Source of the DNA: Candidatus Thorarchaeota archaeon
Lineage (GTDB): Archaea; Asgardarchaeota; Thorarchaeia; Thorarchaeales; Thorarchaeaceae
Length of the DNA: 64,000 nt
NCBI GenBank assembly: GCA_013388835.1
Contig: JACAEL010000014.1
Span: 161,528 to 225,527 of the forward strand
Direction of reading: 5' to 3'
Part shown: positions 8,818 through 18,840 of the stretch, piece after piece
Position numbering within the stretch: position 1 is the first letter of the stretch
Layout of the letters: every line of letters begins with the position of its first letter
Made by a program: the position numbers and the translations under genes
The notes under the pieces: generated by a model
Database searches by the model: none
What the model was told of the DNA's origin: nothing
What the model saw: the letters and a program-made list of their open reading frames with translations, nothing else

Positions 8818-9948
8818 ATGCAGTTCATACCTCAGCGGCTCGATAGGGTCCATCGCGCCATGAACCGAGACTCATTGGATGCTGTGATACTCACCAGACG
8901 GTCGGACGTTCAGTACTTGACCGGCTATGGGTATCCCAACAAGAGTCTGCCTGCCTGCTGCATCTTGGCAGGTGTTAAGCAGCCTGTCCTCGTAGTATCT
9001 GAGCTGGAGTCGAAGGCCATCGAACACGAGAACACCGTGGCGCAAGTGTTTACGGTATCGAGTGACTTGGATGATGACTGGGGTGGTATTCGTGGGCCGG
9101 TCTTCTGGCAGACCGCTGCGAGGGCGCTGAAGGAGGCCGGTGTACAGACAGGGATGCTAGGACTGCAGCACAGTTCGCTCACAATAAAGGAGTTTGAAGT
9201 GCTCAAGTCGCTACTTCCAGACGCCGGATTCAGAGACTTCTCGGACAGTATGTGGCGGTTAAGACAGGTCAAGGAACCGGGTGAAGTCGATCTGATTCGG
9301 CAGGCGACCCGAGTGGCCGAGATAGGTCTCAGGACAGCCCTTGAGATAATCACCCCTGGTAAGACTGAGGTTGAGGCATCAATCGAGATTGCGGCGGCAA
9401 TGGGCGCTGCGGGCGGGGAACTCCGGGGCATAAGAGCTGCCGTCCTATCCCGTCACCCTCTGCGTCACACACTTGTCAATCCCAGTGTAGAGCGCATTCG
9501 TGCGGACAGTCTTGTTGTGGTTGACATAACTGCCAGTTACGAAGGCTACTTCGCTCAGGTGGCCCGAACGCTTCATACAGGTTCTCCTTCGGCCGAGGAG
9601 CGACGAGCCTATGAGACCGCACTCGAGATACAGAGTACACTTGAAGAGCACCTCCAGTCGGGTGTCGTGTTGGGCGAGGCGGTATCGGCCGCTGTGAGAG
9701 CTGCAGAAGCTGGCTCAGGTCCCCCATGCAGAGCGATTCTTCCCATGGGCAACTCGATTGGTCTTGAACTGAGAGAGCCACCGAGTCTTGTTTCCGGTTC
9801 TACGGAATATGCAAGAGAGGGAATGGTGTTTTCGCTGTGTCCACTCTGTATGTGCTCAGAGCGTATTGCAGCAAAGGTGGGTGACGAGGTACTGGTCACT
9901 TCTGCTGGATGTGAGACTCTCTCAAGTCTAGTGCGCGAAACGATGTAG
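8818..9948 (+). CDS. M24 family metallopeptidase (Xaa-Pro aminopeptidase/dipeptidase-like)
   Basis: 376 aa. It has a creatinase-like N-domain (DAVILTRRSDVQYLTGY) and a pita-bread C-domain (VVVDITASYEGYFAQVARTL, GNSIGLELREPP). Confidence 0.8.
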   Translation: MQFIPQRLDRVHRAMNRDSLDAVILTRRSDVQYLTGYGYPNKSLPACCILAGVKQPVLVVSELESKAIEHENTVAQVFTVSSDLDDDWGGIRGPVFWQTAARALKEAGVQTGMLGLQHSSLTIKEFEVLKSLLPDAGFRDFSDSMWRLRQVKEPGEVDLIRQATRVAEIGLRTALEIITPGKTEVEASIEIAAAMGAAGGELRGIRAAVLSRHPLRHTLVNPSVERIRADSLVVVDITASYEGYFAQVARTLHTGSPSAEERRAYETALEIQSTLEEHLQSGVVLGEAVSAAVRAAEAGSGPPCRAILPMGNSIGLELREPPSLVSGSTEYAREGMVFSLCPLCMCSERIAAKVGDEVLVTSAGCETLSSLVRETM

Positions 9949-9951
9949 GCA

Positions 9952-10494
9952 TCATACTGACTGCTGCCATCTGCGTAGCTTTTGGAAGACCATTGCCACA
10001 GTTTCGGCTTTCATCTCTTGGCGATTGACCTCTTCCCTCGTGACCTCACGTACCTGAACTGCAGGCACACCCGCATTCAGGCTCCTTGGAGGTATCACTA
10101 TGTTGGGTGGCACAATGCTTCCCGGAGCAAGAACTACCCCCTCACCAAGTGTGGCACCATCAAAGACCACGCATCCTTCGCCTATGTTGACCGCATCACC
10201 CACGTAGACACCGTGCAGTACTGCAGCAGTGCATACGGTGACATTGCTGCCTATTATCGCCGGGTTGTCCTTGGTGTGCGCATGTATGACTACGCTGTCC
10301 TGTATCGCCGTCCTCTCACCAATCTTCACAGATGACTGATCACCTCGGATTACTGCTCCCGGCCAAATGCTGACCTTGGCGGCTATTTCCACGTCCCCGA
10401 CAACCGTTGCCTGCGGGCTCACATAGGCCATGGGGTCCACCTTGGGTTTACTGTCACCAAACGGTATGATTGGCATGGACGATACCTCTCGCAT
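9952..10494 (-). CDS. gamma-class carbonic anhydrase family protein (left-handed beta-helix, hexapeptide repeats)
   Basis: VSIWPGAVIRGDQSSVKIGERTAIQDSVVIHA and repeated hexapeptide units. The start may be ATG at 10476. Confidence 0.85.
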   Translation of the reverse strand: MREVSSMPIIPFGDSKPKVDPMAYVSPQATVVGDVEIAAKVSIWPGAVIRGDQSSVKIGERTAIQDSVVIHAHTKDNPAIIGSNVTVCTAAVLHGVYVGDAVNIGEGCVVFDGATLGEGVVLAPGSIVPPNIVIPPRSLNAGVPAVQVREVTREEVNRQEMKAETVAMVFQKLRRWQQSV

Positions 10495-10538
10495 CCTGTA
10501 CCTCGCGTATACAATCTAATAAAGCAATCATGACTGTT

Positions 10539-10910
10539 TCATCCCAGTATCTGCTTGATGACATTCTCATAATCCCTGATTGGACGTACACCAATCAACC
10601 TGTCCGTTCGCTTCTCCTTCATCCCGTACCGAACTGGCTCGATGAACGAAGTGGGTTGGCCATTGTGGAAGAAGAGCACGCAGGGTATGGAGTAGATACG
10701 CATCTGGCTTGCATAGCTCTTGTGTGTGTCCGTGTTGAGCTTCACAAATGCGATGTTGCGATTACTGGAGTACTTCTGCTGAAGCTCTTCAAGTACTGGC
10801 AATAGGGCGTGACAGGGGCCGCACCAGGGAGCCCAACAGTCAACAATGACAAGCTTGGCCTGCTTGATGAGTTTCTCCAGCTCATCAGGGGTCACATCTT
10901 TGACCGTCAT
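10539..10910 (-). CDS. trxA: thioredoxin (WCGPC)
   Basis: The VIVDCWAPWCGPCHAL active site is present. The internal ATG at 10910 (MTVKDV) gives a normal ~123 aa thioredoxin; the ORF track extends to a GTG at 10985. Confidence 0.85.
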   Translation of the reverse strand: MTVKDVTPDELEKLIKQAKLVIVDCWAPWCGPCHALLPVLEELQQKYSSNRNIAFVKLNTDTHKSYASQMRIYSIPCVLFFHNGQPTSFIEPVRYGMKEKRTDRLIGVRPIRDYENVIKQILG

Positions 10911-11030
10911 TCTCACCCTCTTGCGAATATGCCCTTGAGACTCCCAATTAAGTAATCTCATGTATATACGACAGTGGGGCCACACGGGAGGCTCTGTTCA
11001 TTGAGCCCCTCGTCGATAGTTGCGGCCTGT

Positions 11031-11408
11031 CTAGGCTGCTTCAGAAGCAAGTAGGTCCTCGATTATCTGCACGTAGACATCCTCAGGCATTACTCCGACA
11101 AGCTTGTCCATCTTGCGGCCTGAGCCGTCGTCGAATGTGACACGTCTTCCATCACTGTACACCAGCACGCTAGGGACTCCGGTGATTCTGTTCTCTGTAC
11201 TGAACTGCCTGTTCTGATCAACATCTATCTTGACGACCTTGAAACCCTTGCCGGCATACTTCTCATCAAGACCCTCTAGGATTGGTCCAAGCACTCTGCA
11301 CGGGTGGCACCAGACTGCATAGCAGTCCACGAATACAACCTTGTTCTCTGCTATCACACGGTCCAATTCTTCTGCTTTGATATCGGTAACCATTGCTACT
11401 GTCTCCAC
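11031..11408 (-). CDS. thioredoxin-fold protein with CHPC active site
   Basis: VFVDCYAVWCHPCRVL..., followed by GVPSVLVY (cis-Pro loop). It lies in tandem with the CGPC thioredoxin. Confidence 0.8.
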   Translation of the reverse strand: METVAMVTDIKAEELDRVIAENKVVFVDCYAVWCHPCRVLGPILEGLDEKYAGKGFKVVKIDVDQNRQFSTENRITGVPSVLVYSDGRRVTFDDGSGRKMDKLVGVMPEDVYVQIIEDLLASEAA

Positions 11409-11553
11409 TATGTTTCATCGATTGTGCATGACAACTACACACCCGTGTCCATGAAACTGGCTAAAAGGCTTTCGTTGCAGGATGCGCTCCGCTTCAGTCT
11501 GCGCCCGTGCTAAACTTTGATAAGTCTCTCGGCTTGGGGTAATCTTATCGCCG

Positions 11554-14211
11554 GTGAATGCTGTGCCTGTTCTTCACTGTATAAAGTGTGGCTCTCGACT
11601 GGACATTCACAAGGGCGGCCACATCTGGACGGTACGATGCACTGGTTGTGGCTCTCAGCTCCTTGTGGATGGCCGGTCGAAGGACCTGTTTGACGCATAT
11701 GAGGAGTACAGTCTGAGTGTAAAGACACAGCTCTCTACGGCTCCTGCAAAGGCGCCCTCTGGACGGTCTAAGAAGACGGCAGTGTCCGCACCGCGTGCAA
11801 AGACCAGAAAGAAGCAGGCAACCGGATTGGATATGCGTGTGCAGTCCGAAGAGGAGGTCCGGAGGATTGTGGAGCGGGGTGGCGCCAAGCTCGAAACAAT
11901 GCCCCGTGAAATAGCCACACTTCTGATGAGCGGAAGAGACTACCTTGTCAGTTATCGTTACATGACCTCGACTGAGGCCGAGTATGGTTGTCGGCTCGAA
12001 CAGATAAAGATCCCAGCCCGACTGAGGGACAAGCTCATTGCGAAAGGCATCGAGTCGCTCTACAGGCATCAGGAAGAGGCTTACAATGCCATTCTCGCTG
12101 GGCGAAATGTAGTGATAGCTGCCCCCACTGCACAGGGAAAGACAGAGGCCTTTGTCCTTCCCATCATAAGGCAGCTGGTGGTGTCGGTTGGCGACGTCTT
12201 CGCTAACCCTGGCATCAGAGCGCTGCTCATCTATCCAACAAAGGCTCTGGCAAGAGACCAGTATGAGAAGATTGCGGAGATGTGTGAAGCCTCGGACCTC
12301 TCAGTCAAGGTGTTTGACGGGGACACACCCGAGAGAGAGCGTAATCAGATCTACGCGAAGCCCCCTGACATACTTCTCACAAACCCCGACGTGCTCCACT
12401 ACCACCTGGGTTGGGACCAGTCGCGGCTTGTTCCGCTCCTCCAGTCGGTCAAGTATGTCGTGCTGGATGAGATTCACCTGTACACAGGGTCTATGGGCAC
12501 CAATGTATACTACATTCTCAAGAGACTTGAGCTTGAATCGGGTTCGTTCCAGAAGATTGGTGCTTCTGCAACGATTGCCAACCCGAAGGAGTTCGCGGAG
12601 CAGCTCTTCGACACGGAGGTTGAACTGATAGAGTCAAAGACTGCCAGACGCGGTCCTGTTCACTTCATGATGTACTACCCGGGCGGCCGAAGTAAGTATA
12701 GCATGATTGTTGACCTAGTGGGCATGCTTCAGCGAGGGAAGTTCAAGACACTGGTTTTTGGCAATACGCATTCAGAGGCCGAGGTCCTGAATATGCTCAT
12801 CAAGGAACAGGGCTTCGCCTCAATGGTGCACCGTGCCGGACTCCCCAAGAGCTATCGAAACGAGGTCGAAGAGAAGTTCAAGACCGGTGAGCTACCTGTA
12901 ATCGTTTCCACTCCGACCCTCGAGCTAGGAATCGACATTGGCGATCTTGACAGCGTGGTCAGCATGATTGTTTCAATCACTCGACTTACCCAACGGATTG
13001 GTCGTGCGGGTCGGAAGGGTCAGGAGAGCGTTGCGGTCCTTGCTCTGCGGGAGAACGACCCAATCTCATCATTCTACCGCCACCGCCCGGACAAGTACTT
13101 CACGGATGTTGATGCGGCCTACATGGAGCCGGACAATGAGGTGGTAGGCTACTACCAGTTGATTGCTGCAGCCATGAGTGGTCGACTGAAGGCATCGGAC
13201 TTCAAACGACAGAAGAGGATTCTGGACAAGTTGTGCTCTGACGGTCTGCTGACGGTGCAGGAGAATGGGCTTGTGCGTGTGGTAGACGCTGACAGGGCTC
13301 GAAAGGAGTGGCGCGGATACAACATCCGGGGCATCGGTGACACGGTGGAGATCCGGAGCGGAAAGAAGGTCTTGGGTGAGCGTACGATGCCGATGGCTGC
13401 ACAGGAGCTTCATCCGGGGGCAGTATACCTTCATGGGGGACAGAACTACATCTCAATTGACTTCCAGTATGCTCCGGGTCTTGGCCGTGCAACCGTAGTC
13501 CAGAGTCCGGACCGCAGCATCCACACACGACCGCTCTACTCCACAATGCCCCGGATAATAGAGGTCCATGAGACCGCCCGCACTCTTGGGGTTGATGTCA
13601 TCTACTGCACGTTGGAGATGACTCAGACCGTATACGGATATGTCAAGAAGGAGACTCGCAGTGGTCGGGTTGTGGGAAAGGCAGACTTGCAGACTCCCCT
13701 TGATTATCGCTACTTGACAAGAGGCTTCGCCTTCAGAGTACCGGAACCGACCAAGGCGGTCAGTGACTACACGGGGGGTGTGCTCAAGGACGCAGGGGGC
13801 CCACATCTTGGTCCTCTCGAGCTCTTTGGAGGCGCATTTCATGCATTTGAGCATGTGTTGATCGAGTCGAGTGACATGCTAACTGGCGGCAGCACACGGG
13901 AGATAGGCGGTGTCTCAATGGGCGACTCGGGCATCATCTTCGTATATGACGGCAGTCCGGGAGGTAACGGCGCCTCCAAGCTGCTCTTCTCAAAGTTGGA
14001 TGAGGCATTCACAAGAATGGAGACAATACTGGCGACCTGTGACTGCAAGACTGTTGATGGCTGCCCGCTGTGCACGTACTCCTATCAGTGTGGCAATAAC
14101 AACAGACCCCTCTTCAAACTTGGTGCACTCGACAGTGTAAGACAGATTCTGGCAAGTACAGAGACTGTCATTGATACCAAGGAGTATCTGGGCTACCAGC
14201 CCCTTGTCTAG
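11554..14211 (+). CDS. DEAD/DEAH-box helicase with N-terminal zinc ribbon and C-terminal DUF1998 (MrfA/Hrq1-like)
   Basis: 885 aa with a GTG start. N-terminal CIKCGS...CTGCGS; Walker A APTAQGKTEAF; DEIH box (VVLDEIHLY); motif VI QRIGRAGRKG. The C-terminal Cys cluster CDCKTVDGCPLCTYSYQCGNNN is typical of DUF1998. Confidence 0.85.
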   Translation: MNAVPVLHCIKCGSRLDIHKGGHIWTVRCTGCGSQLLVDGRSKDLFDAYEEYSLSVKTQLSTAPAKAPSGRSKKTAVSAPRAKTRKKQATGLDMRVQSEEEVRRIVERGGAKLETMPREIATLLMSGRDYLVSYRYMTSTEAEYGCRLEQIKIPARLRDKLIAKGIESLYRHQEEAYNAILAGRNVVIAAPTAQGKTEAFVLPIIRQLVVSVGDVFANPGIRALLIYPTKALARDQYEKIAEMCEASDLSVKVFDGDTPERERNQIYAKPPDILLTNPDVLHYHLGWDQSRLVPLLQSVKYVVLDEIHLYTGSMGTNVYYILKRLELESGSFQKIGASATIANPKEFAEQLFDTEVELIESKTARRGPVHFMMYYPGGRSKYSMIVDLVGMLQRGKFKTLVFGNTHSEAEVLNMLIKEQGFASMVHRAGLPKSYRNEVEEKFKTGELPVIVSTPTLELGIDIGDLDSVVSMIVSITRLTQRIGRAGRKGQESVAVLALRENDPISSFYRHRPDKYFTDVDAAYMEPDNEVVGYYQLIAAAMSGRLKASDFKRQKRILDKLCSDGLLTVQENGLVRVVDADRARKEWRGYNIRGIGDTVEIRSGKKVLGERTMPMAAQELHPGAVYLHGGQNYISIDFQYAPGLGRATVVQSPDRSIHTRPLYSTMPRIIEVHETARTLGVDVIYCTLEMTQTVYGYVKKETRSGRVVGKADLQTPLDYRYLTRGFAFRVPEPTKAVSDYTGGVLKDAGGPHLGPLELFGGAFHAFEHVLIESSDMLTGGSTREIGGVSMGDSGIIFVYDGSPGGNGASKLLFSKLDEAFTRMETILATCDCKTVDGCPLCTYSYQCGNNNRPLFKLGALDSVRQILASTETVIDTKEYLGYQPLV

Positions 14212-14225
14212 GGGGTCCTTCATAG

Positions 14226-16166
14226 ATGACTCAGTTTCTGATTGGAAGAGGTCATGATGGTCCTGCACGGCAGGGCACCCTCCGTAGTGGGTCGGGAAAC
14301 TTCACAACTCCGCTGCTCATGGGGTCTTCCAATGCCCACATTCTGCCAGTTCGTTACTTCGCACTGGGTCGCGAGGAGCCGCCAGAGGGCTGCATGACCG
14401 TGGGAGCATTGCCCTCCGTCCTCTTTGAGGGTCTTCCAGACCTCTCCTCTCTTCCGGACCTTGTCCTTCTTCCCTCGATAACCGCATCCTCAATGCTGGG
14501 ACCTGAAGCAGCAGCGGACCTGCTACGGAGTCAGATAAGACTGGTCAGAAGCTTCTCAGTCCCGACTCTCTCCAGGCGAGCGGTCCTGCGAGTCCCGCCG
14601 GAGATTAGGGCTGCGGATGCACGAGAGCTCTTCTCTGACGCCTCCAGCGCCGGGTTGAGCGCTGCTGCTATCGCATTCGATGGTCGTCTTGGACCCGCTG
14701 ACCTTCGGTCACTGCGACTCAGAACACTCCTTCCGCGGAACTGGCTGGCCTTGGCGATTGGTTACATCGAGCCTGCTATGATTCCACTTCTCTACTACTT
14801 TGGGTTCGACATATTCGACGCCGGAATGGGAGAGTACTCTGCTGCGGCCTCTGTGCGACTCTGGGAGTCTTCAGCCGAGCACATCTGTGGCTGTAAAGAT
14901 GTGCCATCGAGATACTGCGTGTGTCCTGCCTGCAGCGACATCGACCTAACCCAAGTGGCCTATGACCAACTGAGTGTTCTCCTTGCCAAGCACAATCAGC
15001 ACGTCTACATTGGCGTTCTCTCCCGGTCCATACATGCCATGGGCCTTGGCCAGCTGCGGCCGCTTGTGGAGTCGATGACTCATCATTCTCCAGGAATGGC
15101 TGCGCTTCTGAGACATGTCGACCATAATGCGTATCCGTTTCTGGAGGAGTTCACACCCACCATCGGTTCCGGAGTGGTTCCTCTGATTGGCCCCGAGTCC
15201 TACAATTCGCCTGCCGTGAGGCGCTTCCGTGAACGAGTCGCTGATGTCTACATTCCCCCGCATGGAAAACGAGTTGTACTGCTGCTGCCGTGTTCCGCAA
15301 AGAAGCCCTACTCCGACTCCAAGTCTCACCGCCTGTTTCGTGCTGTCATCGAGTCCGCTCTCGTTGACAGTCGTCAGAGTCTAGCAGAGGCTATCCTGAC
15401 ATCCCCGCTAGGTCTTGTCCCAAGAGAGCTTGAACGCGTCTTTCCAGCGGCCAACTACGACATACCCGTGACTGGTGACTGGGATGCGGAAGAGACCCGT
15501 CTCGCCACTGAGGCTCTGGTTTCTTACCTCGCGAAGTTCGATGAGGAAGCAGTCGTTGTGGCTCATGTGCGCGAAGGCTATGCCTCGATTGTGAGAGATG
15601 CGGAGTCCCGAGTCAGACAGAGCATTGTCTACACTACAGAGGGCCATCCACCAGCGAGTCCTGACTCGTTGAGGCATCTGCGAGAGACCCTTGAGGACTT
15701 GAAGAGTGTGCTGTCTCTGAAAGGAGGCAGACCCGCAGACCTTGAGCAGACTCTTCGCGCAACAGCGGACTTCCAGTTTGGTCAGGGCGCCGGACTTGCT
15801 GTGATTCCTCCGGGGTCGCAGCTGAACGGCAAGCTCTACCGGACTGTGGTGTGCAGATACAACAAGGAGCAGACGTGTTCGTTCATTAGTGAGACCGGGA
15901 CACTCTCTCTGACAATTGTTGGTGGTGCCATGCTTGCTCCACTTGGTCGCAGGACGGTCCAGTTTGACGGGGAGTCTCTGTCGGGTGGCTCTCTGTTTGC
16001 TGTGGGTGTGAAGGACGCGGACCCAGAGATACGGCCCGGTGATGAGGTGATTGTAGTCAACCGTGACGGAGAGGTAGTCGGAGTGGGCAAGAGTGAGATG
16101 TCCGGTCGTGAGATGTGCGAGTTTGACAATGGACGAGCGGTCTCACTCAGGCATAAGAAGGTGTGA
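14226..16166 (+). CDS. arcS: archaeosine synthase alpha subunit ArcS (TGT-like N-domain, DUF5591, C-terminal PUA)
   Basis: 646 aa. It has the CGC...CVCPAC zinc-site pattern, a central VLLLPCSAKKPYSDSKSH motif (DUF5591), and a C-terminal PUA-like IRPGDEVIVVNRDGEVVGVGKSEMSGREM. It sits directly upstream of RaSEA. Confidence 0.8.
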   Translation: MTQFLIGRGHDGPARQGTLRSGSGNFTTPLLMGSSNAHILPVRYFALGREEPPEGCMTVGALPSVLFEGLPDLSSLPDLVLLPSITASSMLGPEAAADLLRSQIRLVRSFSVPTLSRRAVLRVPPEIRAADARELFSDASSAGLSAAAIAFDGRLGPADLRSLRLRTLLPRNWLALAIGYIEPAMIPLLYYFGFDIFDAGMGEYSAAASVRLWESSAEHICGCKDVPSRYCVCPACSDIDLTQVAYDQLSVLLAKHNQHVYIGVLSRSIHAMGLGQLRPLVESMTHHSPGMAALLRHVDHNAYPFLEEFTPTIGSGVVPLIGPESYNSPAVRRFRERVADVYIPPHGKRVVLLLPCSAKKPYSDSKSHRLFRAVIESALVDSRQSLAEAILTSPLGLVPRELERVFPAANYDIPVTGDWDAEETRLATEALVSYLAKFDEEAVVVAHVREGYASIVRDAESRVRQSIVYTTEGHPPASPDSLRHLRETLEDLKSVLSLKGGRPADLEQTLRATADFQFGQGAGLAVIPPGSQLNGKLYRTVVCRYNKEQTCSFISETGTLSLTIVGGAMLAPLGRRTVQFDGESLSGGSLFAVGVKDADPEIRPGDEVIVVNRDGEVVGVGKSEMSGREMCEFDNGRAVSLRHKKV

Positions 16167-17284
16167 TGGAGATGAGCTTCCTAGTTAACTCAGTAGTCAA
16201 TGCCACACTGAGAGCCCGGGGACAGTCCATTCAGAGAAGGAAGAAGCGCAATCCGACGCATCCTGCTGCCAAGTGGAAGTCCCCAATACAACTGGCTGGT
16301 GACAAGGGTACGGCACTCGCTGTGGTCCTCTCGACAGTGGGCTGCTCTCATGCCCGAGGGCCAGCCGGCGGATGTACGATGTGCAGCTATCTCCTTGATG
16401 GGAACAGCGTACCACCAAGCAGCGAGGACATTGTCACGCAGTTCAGGACTGCACTTCAAGACCTGCAGGGAGAACAACCACCTTTTGTGGTGAAGATCTA
16501 CACCAGTGGGAGTTTCCTTGACCCCTCAGAGGTCCCCGCTGATGCCCGTCGGCGAATACTTGAGATGATATCTGCTGAGCAAGACGTGCGACAGGTGGTG
16601 CTCGAGTCGCGCCCGGAGTATGTCACAGAGGCGTCACTTGTGGAGGTTCGCCATCTTCTCGGAGACCGTCTGGTCGAACTCGGAATGGGTCTTGAGACAA
16701 TCAACGACTCGATACGGTCGATGTGCATCAACAAGGGCTTCACGTATGCGCAGTTCGCGGATGCAGTACGGCTTGCACTTGACCATGGTGTGGGAACAAG
16801 GGCCTATGTGTTATTGAAGCCTCCATTTCTGACCGAACGAGATGCGCTACTCGATTCGACAGCGACCATTGAGGAGGCGATACGGTTAGGGGTGTCTTCA
16901 GTGTCAGTCAACCCCGTGGACATACAGAGGGACACTCTTGTGGAACGCCTCTGGTCCTCCGGGGAGTACAGACCTCCTTGGCTGTGGACCGTGGTGGAAG
17001 TGCTCAGGTTGAGTAGGTCCCGCCCGAGCAAGAGCACTCCTATCCTGTGTGAGCCGGCAGCGTCTGGAAAGATGAGAGGCCCACACAATTGTGGGGCGTG
17101 CGATACACAGTTCACCAGTGCTGTCCGGGCATTCTCTCTTGATCAGGACACGCGACACTTCGATGCCCTCGAGTGCTGGTGCAGAGAACTGTGGCGCAAT
17201 GCGCTACGCCACGAGGATGTCTCGTTAATCACGCAGCTGGACTTGCTCGGTACTAAATCGTTTCATAAACGCAAGGGTCCATAG
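16163..17284 (+). CDS. archaeosine biosynthesis radical SAM protein RaSEA
   Basis: 373 aa. LAVVLSTVGCSHARGPAGGCTMCSY is the cluster motif of this radical-SAM subfamily. Its start (GTG 16163 / ATG 16166) overlaps the arcS stop. Confidence 0.8.
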   Translation: MMEMSFLVNSVVNATLRARGQSIQRRKKRNPTHPAAKWKSPIQLAGDKGTALAVVLSTVGCSHARGPAGGCTMCSYLLDGNSVPPSSEDIVTQFRTALQDLQGEQPPFVVKIYTSGSFLDPSEVPADARRRILEMISAEQDVRQVVLESRPEYVTEASLVEVRHLLGDRLVELGMGLETINDSIRSMCINKGFTYAQFADAVRLALDHGVGTRAYVLLKPPFLTERDALLDSTATIEEAIRLGVSSVSVNPVDIQRDTLVERLWSSGEYRPPWLWTVVEVLRLSRSRPSKSTPILCEPAASGKMRGPHNCGACDTQFTSAVRAFSLDQDTRHFDALECWCRELWRNALRHEDVSLITQLDLLGTKSFHKRKGP

Positions 17285-17322
17285 ATTGACTATCTGAAGT
17301 GCAATCGGAGGTAAACATCAAC

Positions 17323-17694
17323 ATGCCCGGATACGTGACACGAGTCAGTGTGTGGTTCTATAGCGAGGGAGCATCTCCAGCAACCGTCATCAAGAAACTG
17401 ATGACCCTGGGTTTCACCCCTGTGCGTGGTGCCTACGACTTCATCTACAGGCACGGTGCAGCAGTCACAGATACAGACATTGGGAGCGCCATCCTTGAGA
17501 TATCCAGTGCACTGCACAAGACTCTGTCTGGTTTCAAGGTACTATACACTCTTGAGACATCCCTCGCTGATGCAGAGGACGATTACGTTCCGCTTGATGA
17601 CATCGACAGGGAACTAGCGCGTACAAGGCTCGAGATTCAGGAGGTGGAGCGGGAGCAGCACGAGCTGGAACGAGAACAACATACTGAGAATTAG
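17323..17694 (+). CDS. hypothetical protein (small alpha/beta domain plus EREQH-repeat tail)
   Basis: The ORF spans 17299-17694, with ATG at 17323 (MPGYVTRVSVWFYSEG). No family was recognised. Confidence 0.5.
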   Translation: MPGYVTRVSVWFYSEGASPATVIKKLMTLGFTPVRGAYDFIYRHGAAVTDTDIGSAILEISSALHKTLSGFKVLYTLETSLADAEDDYVPLDDIDRELARTRLEIQEVEREQHELEREQHTEN

Positions 17695-17701
17695 CATTGG
17701 T

Positions 17702-17730
17702 GGCGAGGGGGCTGAGCCACCCCACTCGCC
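17702..17730. terminator. GC-rich hairpin between convergent genes
   Basis: ggcgagggg-ctgagcca-ccccactcgcc is an imperfect inverted repeat. It lies in the 57-nt gap between the 17694 (+) and 17752 (-) gene ends. Confidence 0.3.
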
Positions 17731-17751
17731 TACGGGAGGTCTGTACAGAGC

Positions 17752-18777
17752 CTAGTCAGAGACAACCTCTGGTTCCCGGCGTTCGTATTCGCCACTGCCA
17801 CGGACCGTGACGGTCAGCCTCTTCGCTTCACCGGGATTCATCCTTGCCCAAGTCCATTCCATTATGGTGCCATCTGTCGCAGGTTTGCTCACAGGCTCTT
17901 CACCGACTGGTTCAGTAGACACGTAGCTGAAGGCAGCCGGCACCCAGTCAGTGACTCTGACGTTCTCAACAGTCACCTGTCCCTTGTTCTCAACAGCCAG
18001 CACTACATTGTACTCGCCTGCATTCGCGCCCTTGTTGATTCCTTTCTTGACCGAGATGGCACGCTTCTTGTACACAATCCCGAGTTTGTGGCCATCCTGT
18101 GCGCTTGCAGCCTCGGCATAAAGCCCTGCGGGGAACGTGTTGGCCTTGCAGTGTATCGGACTGGGATACTCCTTCTCAGGTCGGTTCCTCCACGCCATTA
18201 TCGCATAGTTGACCTTGACACTCTGTCCCGGTCGTAGTTCGCCGACAGAGTCCTTCAGGTCGGTCAGCCGGAACGTGAGCTTGTGAGGCTTTGTTGGGTC
18301 CTGGTCCTCCGGTTCTATCGTGATACCCACTGGACTCTTGTATTCCGTGCCAGCAACCCAGAATCTTATGTGCTCTCTCTTTGGAGGCATCACATCGTCA
18401 GGGAGATGGTCTTCGATTACGACCTCGTTCAACCGCGCGGACCCTGTGTTCTTCACCTCAATGGTCACTTCCACAGGCGTCTTGTCGAAGCTGTTGACTT
18501 CCGGTGGGTCAAAGGCCTTCACGTACTCTATACATGCGACCGGGATTGTCTGTGCGGTCTTCTTCACAACACCAAGCACTCTCTTGGTCACAGTCCGCAT
18601 TGGTGTGTAGACGACTTCATGTGTGCACTTTGGAGGCGTCTTGCTCGCAACTTGGAACTTCTCGCTCCATGTCGCTCCCGGTGCAAGCTCTGCGTGCGGA
18701 GCCGCGTCAATCATCTTCCTTCTTTCACCGCCGTCCTCGGGAGTCAGGAAGACCTCCGCTTTGTCCAGACGGACCAT
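17752..18777 (-). CDS. hypothetical cytoplasmic protein with two DUF11/CARDB-like beta-sandwich domains
   Basis: 341 aa with no signal peptide or TM segment. VEVTIEVKNTGSARLNEVVIEDHLPDDV...LRPGQSVKVNYAI and YNVVLAVENKGQVTVENVRVTDWVPAAF...MNPGEAKRLTVTV are the classic DUF11 repeat signature. Confidence 0.6.
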   Translation of the reverse strand: MVRLDKAEVFLTPEDGGERRKMIDAAPHAELAPGATWSEKFQVASKTPPKCTHEVVYTPMRTVTKRVLGVVKKTAQTIPVACIEYVKAFDPPEVNSFDKTPVEVTIEVKNTGSARLNEVVIEDHLPDDVMPPKREHIRFWVAGTEYKSPVGITIEPEDQDPTKPHKLTFRLTDLKDSVGELRPGQSVKVNYAIMAWRNRPEKEYPSPIHCKANTFPAGLYAEAASAQDGHKLGIVYKKRAISVKKGINKGANAGEYNVVLAVENKGQVTVENVRVTDWVPAAFSYVSTEPVGEEPVSKPATDGTIMEWTWARMNPGEAKRLTVTVRGSGEYERREPEVVSD

Positions 18778-18840
18778 CAGCGAGCTGTCATTGTGACACT
18801 CGAGTGTTGATTCCCACTGGTTTGGCTGTGTCTCTGCGTT

